Below, piece by piece: positions 1 through 10,095 of a stretch of 64,000 nt of DNA. This DNA is from Candidatus Heimdallarchaeota archaeon. GTDB taxonomy: Archaea; Asgardarchaeota; Heimdallarchaeia; Hodarchaeales; Hodarchaeaceae. The position numbers were made by a program, and so were the translations under genes. The DNA lies in assembly GCA_020353515.1 (NCBI GenBank), contig CP070695.1:2180292-2244291 (forward strand). The letters run 5' to 3'. A model generated the notes under the pieces. It was not told the DNA's origin, searched no databases, and saw only the letters and a list, made by a program, of their open reading frames with translations. The stretch's first letter is position 1; every line of letters begins with the position of its first letter.

Positions 1-564
1 ATCGAAGGTTACTTCGTCTACTCCTTCTAAGAATGCATCTATAGCCCAAATTCGATCATTACTCCCTGTATTTGTAACTCCGATTTCCCCTTTTCCCTGT
101 AGAGTTTCAATAGGCTCATCGTTTTCACCTATTAGATTGTTATCCTGATCTATTCTATAAGTTAGTGTTTCCTTTAATTTTACATGTAATCCAGCTTGTT
201 TTACCTCATGTTCCTCAAGAGCTCGAAAGTCCTCCCTTGCTCTTCTTGCATCTTCCTCAGAAAAATCAGTTTCTGGAAGTGAAGCTCCCGAACTCCGGAT
301 TTTTATGGTAATATCTTTTGCTTTATTTCGTGCTCCTCGATCTTTATCATTTTCAGCGATCTTTTCAAGAACGGGAATTGCTTCTGGGTCATTTAATTTC
401 CCCAAAGATTCAATAGCTTCTTTTCGTACATCTTTTTCACTATCACCTTCAGCAACTTCGAGTAGTGCGCGAAGAGAAACTTTAGTACGAGTATTTCCCA
501 ATGCTTTTGCTGCTGCTACTCGTTTATTTTTGTCACTACTTTCTAAATTTTGAATTTCTGACAT
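1..564 (-). CDS. HEAT-repeat protein with a possible mu-homology-like domain; 5' part only, runs off the window
   Basis: Absent from the ORF track. Manual translation from ATG 564 (in-frame GTG at 573): MSEIQNLESSDKNKRVAAAKALGNTRTKVSLRALLEVAEGDSEKDVRKEAIESLGKLNDPEAIPVLEKIAENDKD..., i.e. PBS-lyase/HEAT repeats. The frame is open to position 1. Confidence 0.85.
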   Translation of the reverse strand, partial: MSEIQNLESSDKNKRVAAAKALGNTRTKVSLRALLEVAEGDSEKDVRKEAIESLGKLNDPEAIPVLEKIAENDKDRGARNKAKDITIKIRSSGASLPETDFSEEDARRAREDFRALEEHEVKQAGLHVKLKETLTYRIDQDNNLIGENDEPIETLQGKGEIGVTNTGSNDRIWAIDAFLEGVDEVTFD

Positions 565-833
565 ATTACTCACTTTAGTCTTTTTTAAAACAAAAAGCTA
601 TATTATTACTAATACTGATTTTAGACCAATAATTATCATGTGAGAATTCTTAATGACAGATTAAAAATACTAACACTTAATGGAACCAAAATCCTTGATA
701 ATATAAGGTTAGAAAATCCAGTATTAAAACCATTTTTATCAGATAATTAATGAAATTAATTACCAATGAAAACGACAAAAAAAATCTTACTACAAATAAT
801 AAGAACCTTCAGATTGGTTTGGGTAAAGCAAAA

Positions 834-2132
834 TTATTTGAGTAGCTTCTTTGCTTGATCTTGCCACTTTACCAATCTTCTCCTTGAAACCCTGAGGTTT
901 CTTTCTAATTCTTCCAAATCAACTTCTACTAAGTCTTTCAAAGTCATTATTCCAACAGTATTTAATTGGTGAGCTGTTTTTGTACCAATTCCTGTGATTG
1001 ATGTAAGATTGACCTCTTCAAATGGAGGTCGACTTGGTGAAGATGGAATATCATATTCTTGTCCTGCAAAGATTGCAGCATTCTTCTTCCATTTGTTATA
1101 AGTCTTTTCACTTGTTGAATCCTTGAAAAGTGCAAAAGATGAATTTAATAAGTCTTGAACCGTTAAAATCCCTCGTTGGTTTAATTTTTGAGCAGTTTTA
1201 GTTCCTATCCCTTTGATACTAGTAACTCGTTGATATAAAGGATCTAATGCCTCTGGTTCTATGACCTCGGGGAAATCTACAGATTTACCAATGGACGCAA
1301 GAACTTTAATTAAGCGAGACATTGACATTCTTAATGTTTTTCGTAGAGTTTCCATGTCATCGAAGTTTAAAAGATCTGCTCTTGATGAGATTCCAAGTTT
1401 TGCTAGTCTTTCAATAGATTTTGGTCCAATCCCGCTAATAGAAAGTAGATCTTCTGGAATGGGAGTATATTCTTCGGGAGTAATAGAGCGTTCGACTTCC
1501 TTACTTATGAGAAACTTAGCATCTTCGAGCATATGAAGCAATTTAGTATCACTTACACGCATAACTTCAGCAAGAGATACACGATCAGGATAACCTAAGA
1601 ATTCCGAGATCGAGTAGACTTGGAGTTTTACCAATCGACTGGCATAAGTTTTACCAATCCCCTTTATAGCAGTAACAGCTGTTTCACTTGGGTAAATTAC
1701 CTCTTTAGTTTGAATATAAGGCTCTGGTATAATCTCTTCAGTAACTACTGGAGCTTCAATATATTCCTCAACAAGTTTCAATGGACCAGCAGCAAGCATT
1801 GGTGGTTCAATTCGTTCAATGTGTTCGACATAGAATTTCTGATCAAGTGAAAAGATATCAGTTTCTACCTGAATCCGCCATATACCATGGTGTTCATCAC
1901 GAATGGTACGTGGGATTGGCCAAGTCAATTCAATTCCTTGGTCTGATCCTTTTCCATACCTGTTTAATCGCGAATTATTACGTTTATCGAGAATTTGTAA
2001 ACGGTATTGATAGGGTATCTGGTCCCCAAATGTTACTTGGATATTTATCATCTCTCCAGGAACAACTGCAAAAACTTTATACATTGGATTCTTTGCTTTC
2101 CAGATGGAGATCGAAGACATAATTATACCCAA
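834..2132 (-). CDS. Protein with four helix-hairpin-helix (RadA-NTD/DUF4332-like) modules and a beta-rich N-terminal domain
   Basis: Repeated motifs IKGIGKTYA, ISGIGPKSI, IKGIGTKTA, ITGIGTKTA, each followed by a short (G)I-(S/T)xxDL-like segment. Confidence 0.8.
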   Translation of the reverse strand: MGIIMSSISIWKAKNPMYKVFAVVPGEMINIQVTFGDQIPYQYRLQILDKRNNSRLNRYGKGSDQGIELTWPIPRTIRDEHHGIWRIQVETDIFSLDQKFYVEHIERIEPPMLAAGPLKLVEEYIEAPVVTEEIIPEPYIQTKEVIYPSETAVTAIKGIGKTYASRLVKLQVYSISEFLGYPDRVSLAEVMRVSDTKLLHMLEDAKFLISKEVERSITPEEYTPIPEDLLSISGIGPKSIERLAKLGISSRADLLNFDDMETLRKTLRMSMSRLIKVLASIGKSVDFPEVIEPEALDPLYQRVTSIKGIGTKTAQKLNQRGILTVQDLLNSSFALFKDSTSEKTYNKWKKNAAIFAGQEYDIPSSPSRPPFEEVNLTSITGIGTKTAHQLNTVGIMTLKDLVEVDLEELERNLRVSRRRLVKWQDQAKKLLK

Positions 2133-3457
2133 TGTTCTGATTCATTCAAGCGATTTTCTTTCTTAATTGGATTTAATTTAATTCGAATCCAAATTAATAA
2201 ACCTATGAGTATTAGGACTCCTATAAATGTAACGCAAGTTGCAGCTAAGAATGCAACACGATATGCAATAATCTCTGATGCACCTGATAGTAGGAGAAAG
2301 TCAATGATCGGCCCAGCAATAAGAGTACCAGCTAATCCCCAGCTAAGAAAGAAAGACGCATTAAAAACACCAAATAATCTTCCGCGATCTTTTGCTGGAA
2401 TCAATCCAGAAGCAAATGCATAAGCTGACGCCATAATGACTACCTGAGAAGATCCTCTTAAAAAACTCGCGAGGAAGATGAAACTTAAATCTATTGAAGT
2501 AATAAACAATACTAGTGCGAATATTGCCATGAATGCACCTATTAAAATCGTGTTTCCATTTCCCAATCGATACCCGATTGTCCCTACCATCAGACCTAGT
2601 AGAATAATCGCGAGTGATTGGGTATTCATAATATAAGATAATAACTCACTAGACACTGCAAAACCTGGAGAGGGGAGAAATAAATACTGTGGTAGAATTG
2701 TAGCGATACTATTCCGACCAAAATTAATCAGTGTTATTGCTATGAGAAAAATGATGAAAATATGAGAAGAGGGGGTAATAACGTCTGTTGGTGATAACTT
2801 GTCTTCAATTTCAGTTTGATTCTCACATGATATCCCTCCTTCAGGGACAAATACCATTGGAAAAGCTGAAAGAAACATTATTAGTGCTGCTATAATAAAT
2901 AGGCTTCCTTCATAAAATCCCCAACCCTCATATTGAAGTTTTAATCCGTCATAAAGTAATCCACCAATCCACACACCTAAAATCCGACCAATCCCTCCTA
3001 TACTAGAGAGTCTCCCCTGTATAGTACTCCTTTCTTTATATGGAAATAAATCAGATATAAGAGCACTCCAACCGTTATTTGACATCGACCAAAAGATTTC
3101 AACGAGTGACAAACCAATAATGATTATCCATCCAGCAATTAATCGCTGATCCACCAATCGATGAGTAAAGAACACAATCAGTGTACCAATTCCTGCAAGA
3201 AGTTCTCCCACGATAACAAAAGTACGACGTAACTGGAGTTTATCAGATAATACTCCCCATAAAAAAGTTTGAGAACAAACATTGAGAATCATTGGGATAG
3301 TAGCAAACAGTGTCGTTTCAGTTACGCTCATCCCAAGGAAATACCTAAGGTATATCGATAAATAGGTATAAAAAAGACCCCGACGAAACATTGCCAATAC
3401 TTGAAATGAAGATAACCCTAATTGAATCCGAATTGAGATAGCACTGGTTGAGTACAA
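2123..3457 (-). CDS. MFS transporter
   Basis: About 12 hydrophobic segments; motif-A-like WGVLSDKLQLRR and IPAKDRGRLFG. Confidence 0.85.
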   Translation of the reverse strand: MYSTSAISIRIQLGLSSFQVLAMFRRGLFYTYLSIYLRYFLGMSVTETTLFATIPMILNVCSQTFLWGVLSDKLQLRRTFVIVGELLAGIGTLIVFFTHRLVDQRLIAGWIIIIGLSLVEIFWSMSNNGWSALISDLFPYKERSTIQGRLSSIGGIGRILGVWIGGLLYDGLKLQYEGWGFYEGSLFIIAALIMFLSAFPMVFVPEGGISCENQTEIEDKLSPTDVITPSSHIFIIFLIAITLINFGRNSIATILPQYLFLPSPGFAVSSELLSYIMNTQSLAIILLGLMVGTIGYRLGNGNTILIGAFMAIFALVLFITSIDLSFIFLASFLRGSSQVVIMASAYAFASGLIPAKDRGRLFGVFNASFFLSWGLAGTLIAGPIIDFLLLSGASEIIAYRVAFLAATCVTFIGVLILIGLLIWIRIKLNPIKKENRLNESEHWV

Positions 3458-3462
3458 ATTTA

Positions 3463-4086
3463 TTACCCTTTTATAGAATCAGAATCTAGTTGGATCAAAA
3501 TATTTCGAATTTGAATCCATACTTGAGAAGGGGAGACATCCCCATCAATTATAACCCATTTCTTCTTTTGTGTGACTGATCGCATCTTGTGTCTCATTTT
3601 TCTCAATCGAGCTAAACTCTCAAACATTTCTTGTTTCTCACCACGTTCTAAGATTCTATCCCGAGCAATTTCAGGTGTGACATCGAGAAAAAAGAAATAT
3701 AGACTTATTGGGAGAAAACTTGAGAAAAAGTTATAACCAAAAAACACAAGAGATCTCGGAAGATAACACACACCTAATAGGTAACGAGAAAATATAATAA
3801 CCTCATTCTCGTTGTGACGATAATACTTCACCAAACTTCGAATGACATCAATAGCATAAAAAAATGCCGCTTTCAGGTGTCCTTTCTTCCCACCTTCTTC
3901 TAAAGATTTTTTTGTAATCCAGCCAAATGGATTATCTGTCGAGGGATGACTTCTTACGCGAACGTTCCATCCTTTATTGCGATAATAGCGGGCTACTTGT
4001 CTCGCTTGAGTATCCTTCCCACAACCATCACCTCCATCTATAACAATAAATAGCGGATTGGTCTTTGATTTTTTGTTACTACCCAT
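3463..4086 (-). CDS. tmk: Thymidylate kinase
   Basis: FIVIDGGDGCGKDTQ P-loop, SRY (DRY-like) motif, FFLDVTPEIARDRI. Confidence 0.8.
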   Translation of the reverse strand: MGSNKKSKTNPLFIVIDGGDGCGKDTQARQVARYYRNKGWNVRVRSHPSTDNPFGWITKKSLEEGGKKGHLKAAFFYAIDVIRSLVKYYRHNENEVIIFSRYLLGVCYLPRSLVFFGYNFFSSFLPISLYFFFLDVTPEIARDRILERGEKQEMFESLARLRKMRHKMRSVTQKKKWVIIDGDVSPSQVWIQIRNILIQLDSDSIKG

Positions 4087-4421
4087 GAAACTTCAATGAG
4101 GTTATCAAAATCAGCATTTTTTGAATATTTCTTCGTGATGATGATTTTTATCAAAAGATAATAACAGAATGGATGGAGGATAGAATGCTTAGAAGAAAAA
4201 ATAGCCAGTAAATGAGTGAATTTTCCAATCTAATTTCTTAAAATAAGAAGAATTTGAAAATCACTTTTCTGAAATGTTTATCAGTATAATAAAAACTTTG
4301 AATTCTTGATTCAATCCCAAAACTATTTGAAGGTTTTCCCGTGAGCTTGAACAAAGAGATCTAGCGGTCATGTATAATAATTAATGAACAACAAACAATC
4401 ACAAATAATGAGGCAAGTTAA

Positions 4422-4781
4422 GTGGTACGAAAAGGAAAGGGAAAACCACAACCAGGAACAGAAATCGTCAGACGAACCCGATATCCTGCAGGGAATGAAG
4501 TCATTGGTGTTGTCATTCGAAATTTAGGCGCACGAAGAATGGAAGTTCTTTGCACTGATCAGGTGAAACGAACAGCCCGAATTCCTGGACGATTTAGGCG
4601 AGGGTATAGAATTAGTGTAAATGATGTGGTTTTAGTTGAACCATGGGCAGACTTGAAGGGTGATAAAGCAGACATAACTTATCGTTATCGAAAGAATGAA
4701 ATTCGTCCCCTTGCTAGAAGATACTCAAAAGAACTTAAATCTTTAGATATAGAAATCCCCAAGACAGAACCATATTCTTAA
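4422..4781 (+). CDS. eif1a: Translation initiation factor aIF-1A
   Basis: EVIGVVIRNLGARRMEVLCTD...ARIPGRFRR...DVVLVEPW...KADITYRY, the eIF1A OB-fold signature. Confidence 0.93.
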   Translation: MVRKGKGKPQPGTEIVRRTRYPAGNEVIGVVIRNLGARRMEVLCTDQVKRTARIPGRFRRGYRISVNDVVLVEPWADLKGDKADITYRYRKNEIRPLARRYSKELKSLDIEIPKTEPYS

Positions 4782-4830
4782 CAATCCTTTTCATTTTTTT
4801 AGTGTTGGGAGGCACACTTGGAGGAAAATA

Positions 4831-5589
4831 ATGAATCATATCAAAATTATTGCTCATAGAGGTTATCTAGTTAATGGTGAACCAGAGAACTCTATCCCTG
4901 CTTTTCAGACCGCAATCCATCATGGTGCTGATGGGTTTGAGTTTGATGTTCACTTAACATCTGATAATAGATTAATTTGCTTCCACGATGACACTCTCGA
5001 GAAACTAGGTCGTCCTGAATCGATTGAAAACCTTTCCTTAAATGAAGTTACCTCAATTGAGCTCTCTGAAGGAATTACAATCCCCTCACTCGAAGAAGTC
5101 TTTGAAACGTTTGGTAATAAGGCCTATCTAAATTTAGAGATGAAAAATCAAAAAGAAGGAGCTAAAAACTTAGTAGAAGTTATTAATCAATATGATCTGA
5201 AGCGGGAGAGTATAATTATTTCCTCATTTCATCATTCTCCCTTAAAAAAGATAAAAACTTTCGATCCAACCATTCAAACAGGTCTATTATGTCATTCAGC
5301 AAAGGATAAATTAAAAATCGCAGAAAAATTAAACTGCAACGCTTTACACCCTTTTTATGGTAGTATTCCAGATGAATGGATCAAGGTTTCTTCTTGGTTA
5401 ACCTCCAAGATTCACAAATATTATGCTCATAAGAGCTTTAAGGTAGCAAAAAAAATAGGAATCTTAATTAATCCATATGGAGTTAATGAGGAGAGTTTTA
5501 TTAGATCTACAATTCAGATGAAAGTTAACGCTATAATTACAGACGAAGTAGAACGAGCTTTTAAGTTGCGGAATCAGTTCTCTAAGTGA
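4831..5589 (+). CDS. Glycerophosphodiester phosphodiesterase
   Basis: IAHRG, PENSIPAF, EFDVHLTSD, FHD, LNLEMK, IITD motifs. Confidence 0.92.
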   Translation: MNHIKIIAHRGYLVNGEPENSIPAFQTAIHHGADGFEFDVHLTSDNRLICFHDDTLEKLGRPESIENLSLNEVTSIELSEGITIPSLEEVFETFGNKAYLNLEMKNQKEGAKNLVEVINQYDLKRESIIISSFHHSPLKKIKTFDPTIQTGLLCHSAKDKLKIAEKLNCNALHPFYGSIPDEWIKVSSWLTSKIHKYYAHKSFKVAKKIGILINPYGVNEESFIRSTIQMKVNAIITDEVERAFKLRNQFSK

Positions 5590-5671
5590 ATAAAAAAAGA
5601 TAATCCATTTTTAGGGTTATTTTATTGGGGAGGAAGAAAGGGTAATTGAGAACGATTTTGAGGGTTGACTT

Positions 5672-6748
5672 GTGACTTTGTTAATAACTGGTGGAACGGG
5701 GTTAGTAGGGCAAATATTGGTTCATTATTTAATGGAAAAAACAGCTTATGCTGAAAAACCTCATACAATACGATTATTATTTAGAAAAAGAAACGGAAAT
5801 CCTCATAGGCGGCGCTTTATAAGTTGGTGTGAGAAGAAAGGTATGGATCTTGTGTATGGTGATCTGAGAAAAGATGAAGATGTAATGAGATTTACTAAAG
5901 TATCTGATCCTCAATCATCAGTATTAATTCATTCAGGAGCGATATTTAATCTTTGGCAGCCTTTCTACCTCTTATATGATGTGAATGTGAATGGAACTAA
6001 GAGAATTCTCAAAGCTTTTCATCGAAATAGGATTAGTAAGCTGATTCACATTTCATCAGTTGCCGTATATGGTACTCTGACTGGAACAAATGGGACAGGT
6101 ATAACTGAGGACCAACCCCTTGACCTTAAGATGGAAAAAGGTTATGAGCTCACAAAGGCGCTAGGAGAACAACTTGTACAAGATTACCAACAAGATCATC
6201 CAGAGAAACGGGTTACGATCTTACGTCCTTCTGGAATTGTTGGAGGCACTGGAACAACGTTAGATGTTTTTTCGAGAATGTTTTTTGGTCGTTTTGTTTC
6301 CCTTCCAAGAGGTGGATTAGATAAAATCAGTCTAGTAGATGTTGAGGATGTTGCACGTGCGATCTATTATTTCTCAGATTTTGATAAGGGAAATGGGGAA
6401 GCTTTTAACCTAGTAAGTTTCGTATCAACGCTTCGTGAGGTTGTAGAAAAATTAGGTTGGGCTTTGCAGAGGGGAAAGATTTCTATTATCCCGATACCAC
6501 TATTTATTTTCAAACCACTTTATCACCTTGCTCGAGGTATCCGAAAAATAAAGCCAGCTGAAGAAAAATCATTACTACTCCCAATTCTGTTCAATAAACT
6601 TGGGAAAGATATCTGGATTGATAACAGGAAGGCTAATTCAAGGGGTTTTCATGCAAAAATCGATCTTCATGAATCAATGAAAAAATTTAGCACATTTTTG
6701 GCACAAAATCCATGGTATGTTCAACAAAAATACGGAGTTACCTTATGA
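5672..6748 (+). CDS. NAD-dependent epimerase/dehydratase (extended SDR)
   Basis: ITGGTGLVG, NVNGT, HISSVAVYG, YELTK catalytic motif, LRP. Confidence 0.88.
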   Translation: MTLLITGGTGLVGQILVHYLMEKTAYAEKPHTIRLLFRKRNGNPHRRRFISWCEKKGMDLVYGDLRKDEDVMRFTKVSDPQSSVLIHSGAIFNLWQPFYLLYDVNVNGTKRILKAFHRNRISKLIHISSVAVYGTLTGTNGTGITEDQPLDLKMEKGYELTKALGEQLVQDYQQDHPEKRVTILRPSGIVGGTGTTLDVFSRMFFGRFVSLPRGGLDKISLVDVEDVARAIYYFSDFDKGNGEAFNLVSFVSTLREVVEKLGWALQRGKISIIPIPLFIFKPLYHLARGIRKIKPAEEKSLLLPILFNKLGKDIWIDNRKANSRGFHAKIDLHESMKKFSTFLAQNPWYVQQKYGVTL

Positions 6749-6804
6749 TTAGCTTAAAAGGTAGTAAATGACCTTAGAAGATTCAGGACTATGATATTAG
6801 TGAT

Positions 6805-6818
6805 GAAAGTTTTATATA
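6805..6818 (+). promoter_or_regulatory. Archaeal BRE/TATA promoter of the DUF72 gene, probably leaderless
   Basis: GAAAGT-TTTATATA ending 25 nt upstream of ATG 6844. Confidence 0.55.
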
Positions 6819-6843
6819 AGATCATAATTCAAACCTTTTAGAA

Positions 6844-7671
6844 ATGATTCACCTAGGCTGTGCTGGCTGGAGCTACCAACATTGGAGAGGTACATTCTAT
6901 CCTCGGAATGTAGAAAACGAACTTACATTTTATAGCAATTATTCACTTTTAAATGAAATTAATACAACTTTTTATCGAATTCCTTCCGAATCAATGATTA
7001 ATAGATGGTATCATTCAACTCCAGATGATTTCATCTTCAGTGCTAAACTCACCCGTGAGGTTACTCATGTTTCACGCCCAAGTCTTAAAACAGATAAAAT
7101 TTCAATGTTCTTCTTACGTATGCAGGGACTTGAGGAAAAATTACAATCGATCTTGATCCAATTCCCTCCAAGATTTCGAAACACGAAAGAAACATACACT
7201 TTTTTATGTCAAATCCTTGAAAAGTGCTCAAACCTTTTTTCTGGACAATTAGTACTAGAGATCAGGAATAAGTCTTGGTTCACTCCTGAGGTGAAGGATC
7301 TATTAAATGATATGTCAATCACTCTAGCTGAGACAACTACGCTTAATATTCCAGAAGAATATCAGAATGAGAATGTTCCTTTGTACTATATTCGTTTATT
7401 GGGTGACAGGAAGTTAATTCCAGATGAAAAACTAGGCGAATTCTTCTTGGATAAAAACAAAGAGAGAAAAGATTGGGCATGGAAGCTTGTAGAACTGAGT
7501 AAAAGATATGATACAATATTTGTGCTTATTAACAACAGATTTTCTGGTTATGCAATCAATGATGCTATCTCTTTACGAAAAATTCTAACAAGAGAGAATA
7601 TTTCAACCCAAGGCTTTGAAAAGGATGATAAATACATCAAAAGACAAATGAGTCTAAGAGAATTCTTTTAA
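6844..7671 (+). CDS. DUF72 family protein
   Basis: IHLGCAGWSYQHWRGTFYP, EINTTFYRIP, LIQFPP, LEIRNKSW, INN. Confidence 0.92.
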   Translation: MIHLGCAGWSYQHWRGTFYPRNVENELTFYSNYSLLNEINTTFYRIPSESMINRWYHSTPDDFIFSAKLTREVTHVSRPSLKTDKISMFFLRMQGLEEKLQSILIQFPPRFRNTKETYTFLCQILEKCSNLFSGQLVLEIRNKSWFTPEVKDLLNDMSITLAETTTLNIPEEYQNENVPLYYIRLLGDRKLIPDEKLGEFFLDKNKERKDWAWKLVELSKRYDTIFVLINNRFSGYAINDAISLRKILTRENISTQGFEKDDKYIKRQMSLREFF

Positions 7672-7823
7672 TATTGAGAGGATCATCCATAAAGGCATTG
7701 AGAAAGTCTCTTGATGTTTTCGCGCAAATGAAGATGTTATCTTTCTTATAATCACTCTTTTCCTTAATTCATGTCTTCTATTAATTTGAGTACACTGCGT
7801 ATCACACTAATTTTTAAATAATA

Positions 7824-7997
7824 ATGGCTCTATATTCAAAAACGGAGCTATTAGTAATGCAATCAAAGAGCCAGATGCAATTTCAAACTCATTGTCTTCA
7901 CCAATTAGTTCGTAGCTCACTCCCAGAAGAGAAGTCAAAAGAAATTTATCGATGTCTGCGATGTGGTTGCGCTTTCACTATTCAAAAAGTCTCCTAA
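7824..7997 (+). CDS. Small zinc-ribbon-like protein (57 aa, or 46 aa from ATG 7857)
   Basis: Absent from the ORF track. MALYSKTELLVMQSKSQMQFQTHCLHQLVRSSLPEEKSKEIYRCLRCGCAFTIQKVS, with CxH...CxxCG. TTTAAATA lies upstream. Confidence 0.6.
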   Translation: MALYSKTELLVMQSKSQMQFQTHCLHQLVRSSLPEEKSKEIYRCLRCGCAFTIQKVS

Positions 7998-8054
7998 ACC
8001 TATCTTTAGTCTGTTGGGGGAATTTGAAGAGATTTTTCCTCAATTGAACTGTGT

Positions 8055-8918
8055 TTATGTAACATCTACTAATGAATCAATATGTGTAATTGAACCGTGC
8101 AAATTTTCCACTCCAGCGATAGTAAGGGTAATTGCATTTTGAGGACAAGTCATAACACATCGTCCACACCCTCTACAAGAATCACCAATTACTGCTCGTT
8201 CATCTACAACTTTTATTGCATGAACAAAACAAACATCAACACATGTTCTGCATCCTATGCATTCCTCACCAACTGAAACAGTTACACCTGGCATTTTTGA
8301 AACCTTTCCTGCTATCTTCTTTGATACATGAGGTAGAATTCGCCACAAACAACAACAAGGACAACAATTACATATAGTGAGAAGTTTATTTCCAGGGCCA
8401 ATTTTCAGCCAAAAAGTATCAAGTTTATTTCTACCAACTAGATGTACTAATCCCGCTTCTCGACACTTCTGTACATGGAGTAATGCCTCTTCTTTTGTCA
8501 CCCTCTTCCCTAAATTTGGATCTATTTGGATTGCTGCTTCACCAAGAAATAAGCAACCGAGATCTATTGGATATTCCTTGCAGGAAGAAGCTGAACGACA
8601 TATACACCAATCCATAATCCAGTGATAATTTGCTTCTTTAATGAAATGTTCAATTACCATTGATGGAATAATTGTTTCACTGTGATGTATTTCTTGATCT
8701 ATTTTGATAATGCTTGCTTCATCCTTGGGTATGTATATGATCTCATCTTCATGGAATAGCATATAATCCATTATTCTACCAAGAAGAGGGATTCTTGTAA
8801 TCCTTGCGAAAATGGATCTCAGGGGGAATCCTTTTTTCAGTAACCAGACGAATAACCTAGATCTAGGCATATGATTAATCAGTCCTTGAAAATCAATTAA
8901 CTTAAGTATCTCTTCCAA
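8055..8918 (-). CDS. 4Fe-4S dicluster ferredoxin-domain protein
   Basis: CICR, ICNCCPCCC, CIGCRTCVDVC and CRGCGRCVMTCP motifs. Confidence 0.88.
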   Translation of the reverse strand: MEEILKLIDFQGLINHMPRSRLFVWLLKKGFPLRSIFARITRIPLLGRIMDYMLFHEDEIIYIPKDEASIIKIDQEIHHSETIIPSMVIEHFIKEANYHWIMDWCICRSASSCKEYPIDLGCLFLGEAAIQIDPNLGKRVTKEEALLHVQKCREAGLVHLVGRNKLDTFWLKIGPGNKLLTICNCCPCCCLWRILPHVSKKIAGKVSKMPGVTVSVGEECIGCRTCVDVCFVHAIKVVDERAVIGDSCRGCGRCVMTCPQNAITLTIAGVENLHGSITHIDSLVDVT

Positions 8919-9405
8919 AGCTCCAATTTACAATCTTTTCCTTATCATATAGGAATTTAGCTTCCACAACATCACATGTATTGAGTAATTTAGGAGTAAA
9001 TATCTTATCCCCGTCCCACATCTTTTCATAAGGAATTTTGTTGATTGGAACCCACGATAGATTTCCCTCAGGGTTCTCGAATTCGATTTTATTAGCTACT
9101 TGGACATAATAAAGGAATACAAGCCAATTAAATGCGGGTAAATCTTCATTAATCTTATCTCGATTGATTTCATCAAAGTAAATATATCCCCTAAACTCAA
9201 TCTCTTCAGGTTTTAAACTATATCCTGTTTCCTCTTCTAGTTCCCTTATTATACACTCAATGGGAGTCTCTCCAGGTTCAAGACGCCCCCCAATGCCTAT
9301 ATACTTCCCCTCATGGAAATCCTTATCTTTTTTATTCCGGAATAGCAGGAGAACTTCATCGTTGCAAACAATATAGGCTAATGTAGCTAATTTGTGTTTA
9401 ACCAT
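8902..9405 (-). CDS. NUDIX hydrolase (MutT/MTH1-like 8-oxo-dGTPase)
   Basis: Nudix box GGRLEPGETPIECIIRELEEETG; MWDGD motif of the MTH1/MutX group. Confidence 0.88.
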   Translation of the reverse strand: MVKHKLATLAYIVCNDEVLLLFRNKKDKDFHEGKYIGIGGRLEPGETPIECIIRELEEETGYSLKPEEIEFRGYIYFDEINRDKINEDLPAFNWLVFLYYVQVANKIEFENPEGNLSWVPINKIPYEKMWDGDKIFTPKLLNTCDVVEAKFLYDKEKIVNWSFGRDT

Positions 9406-9582
9406 CTTATATTCCCGAGGTTTATCCAGTACTCAGCAGTTTATACCAGAATATGACAAGTTCAGTATCAATATAGTAGGTTTCTATCTTTTTCTCTCAC
9501 AAAATGATTTTTTATTTTTGATTTATTTCGACCTATAACAAGAAATCTCACAATTAATAAGACATCAGACACTGGTGACGAA

Positions 9583-10095
9583 ATGTCAAAATCTTTTCAA
9601 CCCCAAGATAATGTTGGAATCAAAATTCGAAAAGGTACAGTAGAAGATGCGGATAAACTTACTGAGATTGAAAGATTATGCTTTCCTAGTGAAGTGCGTT
9701 ATGGCCCTTCTGTTTTGGCTGTTCTTCTTTCGATGACACCTATCTACACTGTTTTAACAGTTCAAACTGTTGAAAAAGAAGAAATTATTGCCTTTGCTAT
9801 TGGGGAACAAGATGAGACTGATGAGATGTTAGGAAGAATAATTACAATTCAGGTAGATCCATCATTTTGGAGGAAAGGTGTCGGAGAAAAATTATTATTA
9901 GAACTTGAAGCTACTCTTCATAAAGAACATGGGATCGAAAGATTTGAACTGCAAGTTCATTATAAGAATGAAAAAGCAATAAAATTTTACCAAAATAATG
10001 GCTATCATACTATCAGATTAATACATAATTATTATGAACGAAAAGAGCATGCATACTTGATGGAAAAGAGATTTCTAATTGATAAGCTCTTTTAG
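9583..10095 (+). CDS. GNAT N-acetyltransferase (RimI/Ard1-like)
   Basis: IQVDPSFWRKGVG, LQV...NEKAIKFYQNNGY, NYY...EHAYLM. Confidence 0.88.
   Translation: MSKSFQPQDNVGIKIRKGTVEDADKLTEIERLCFPSEVRYGPSVLAVLLSMTPIYTVLTVQTVEKEEIIAFAIGEQDETDEMLGRIITIQVDPSFWRKGVGEKLLLELEATLHKEHGIERFELQVHYKNEKAIKFYQNNGYHTIRLIHNYYERKEHAYLMEKRFLIDKLF

Noticed and set aside
305-553. 82-aa plus-strand ORF
   Set aside because: Antisense shadow of the HEAT-repeat gene on the minus strand.
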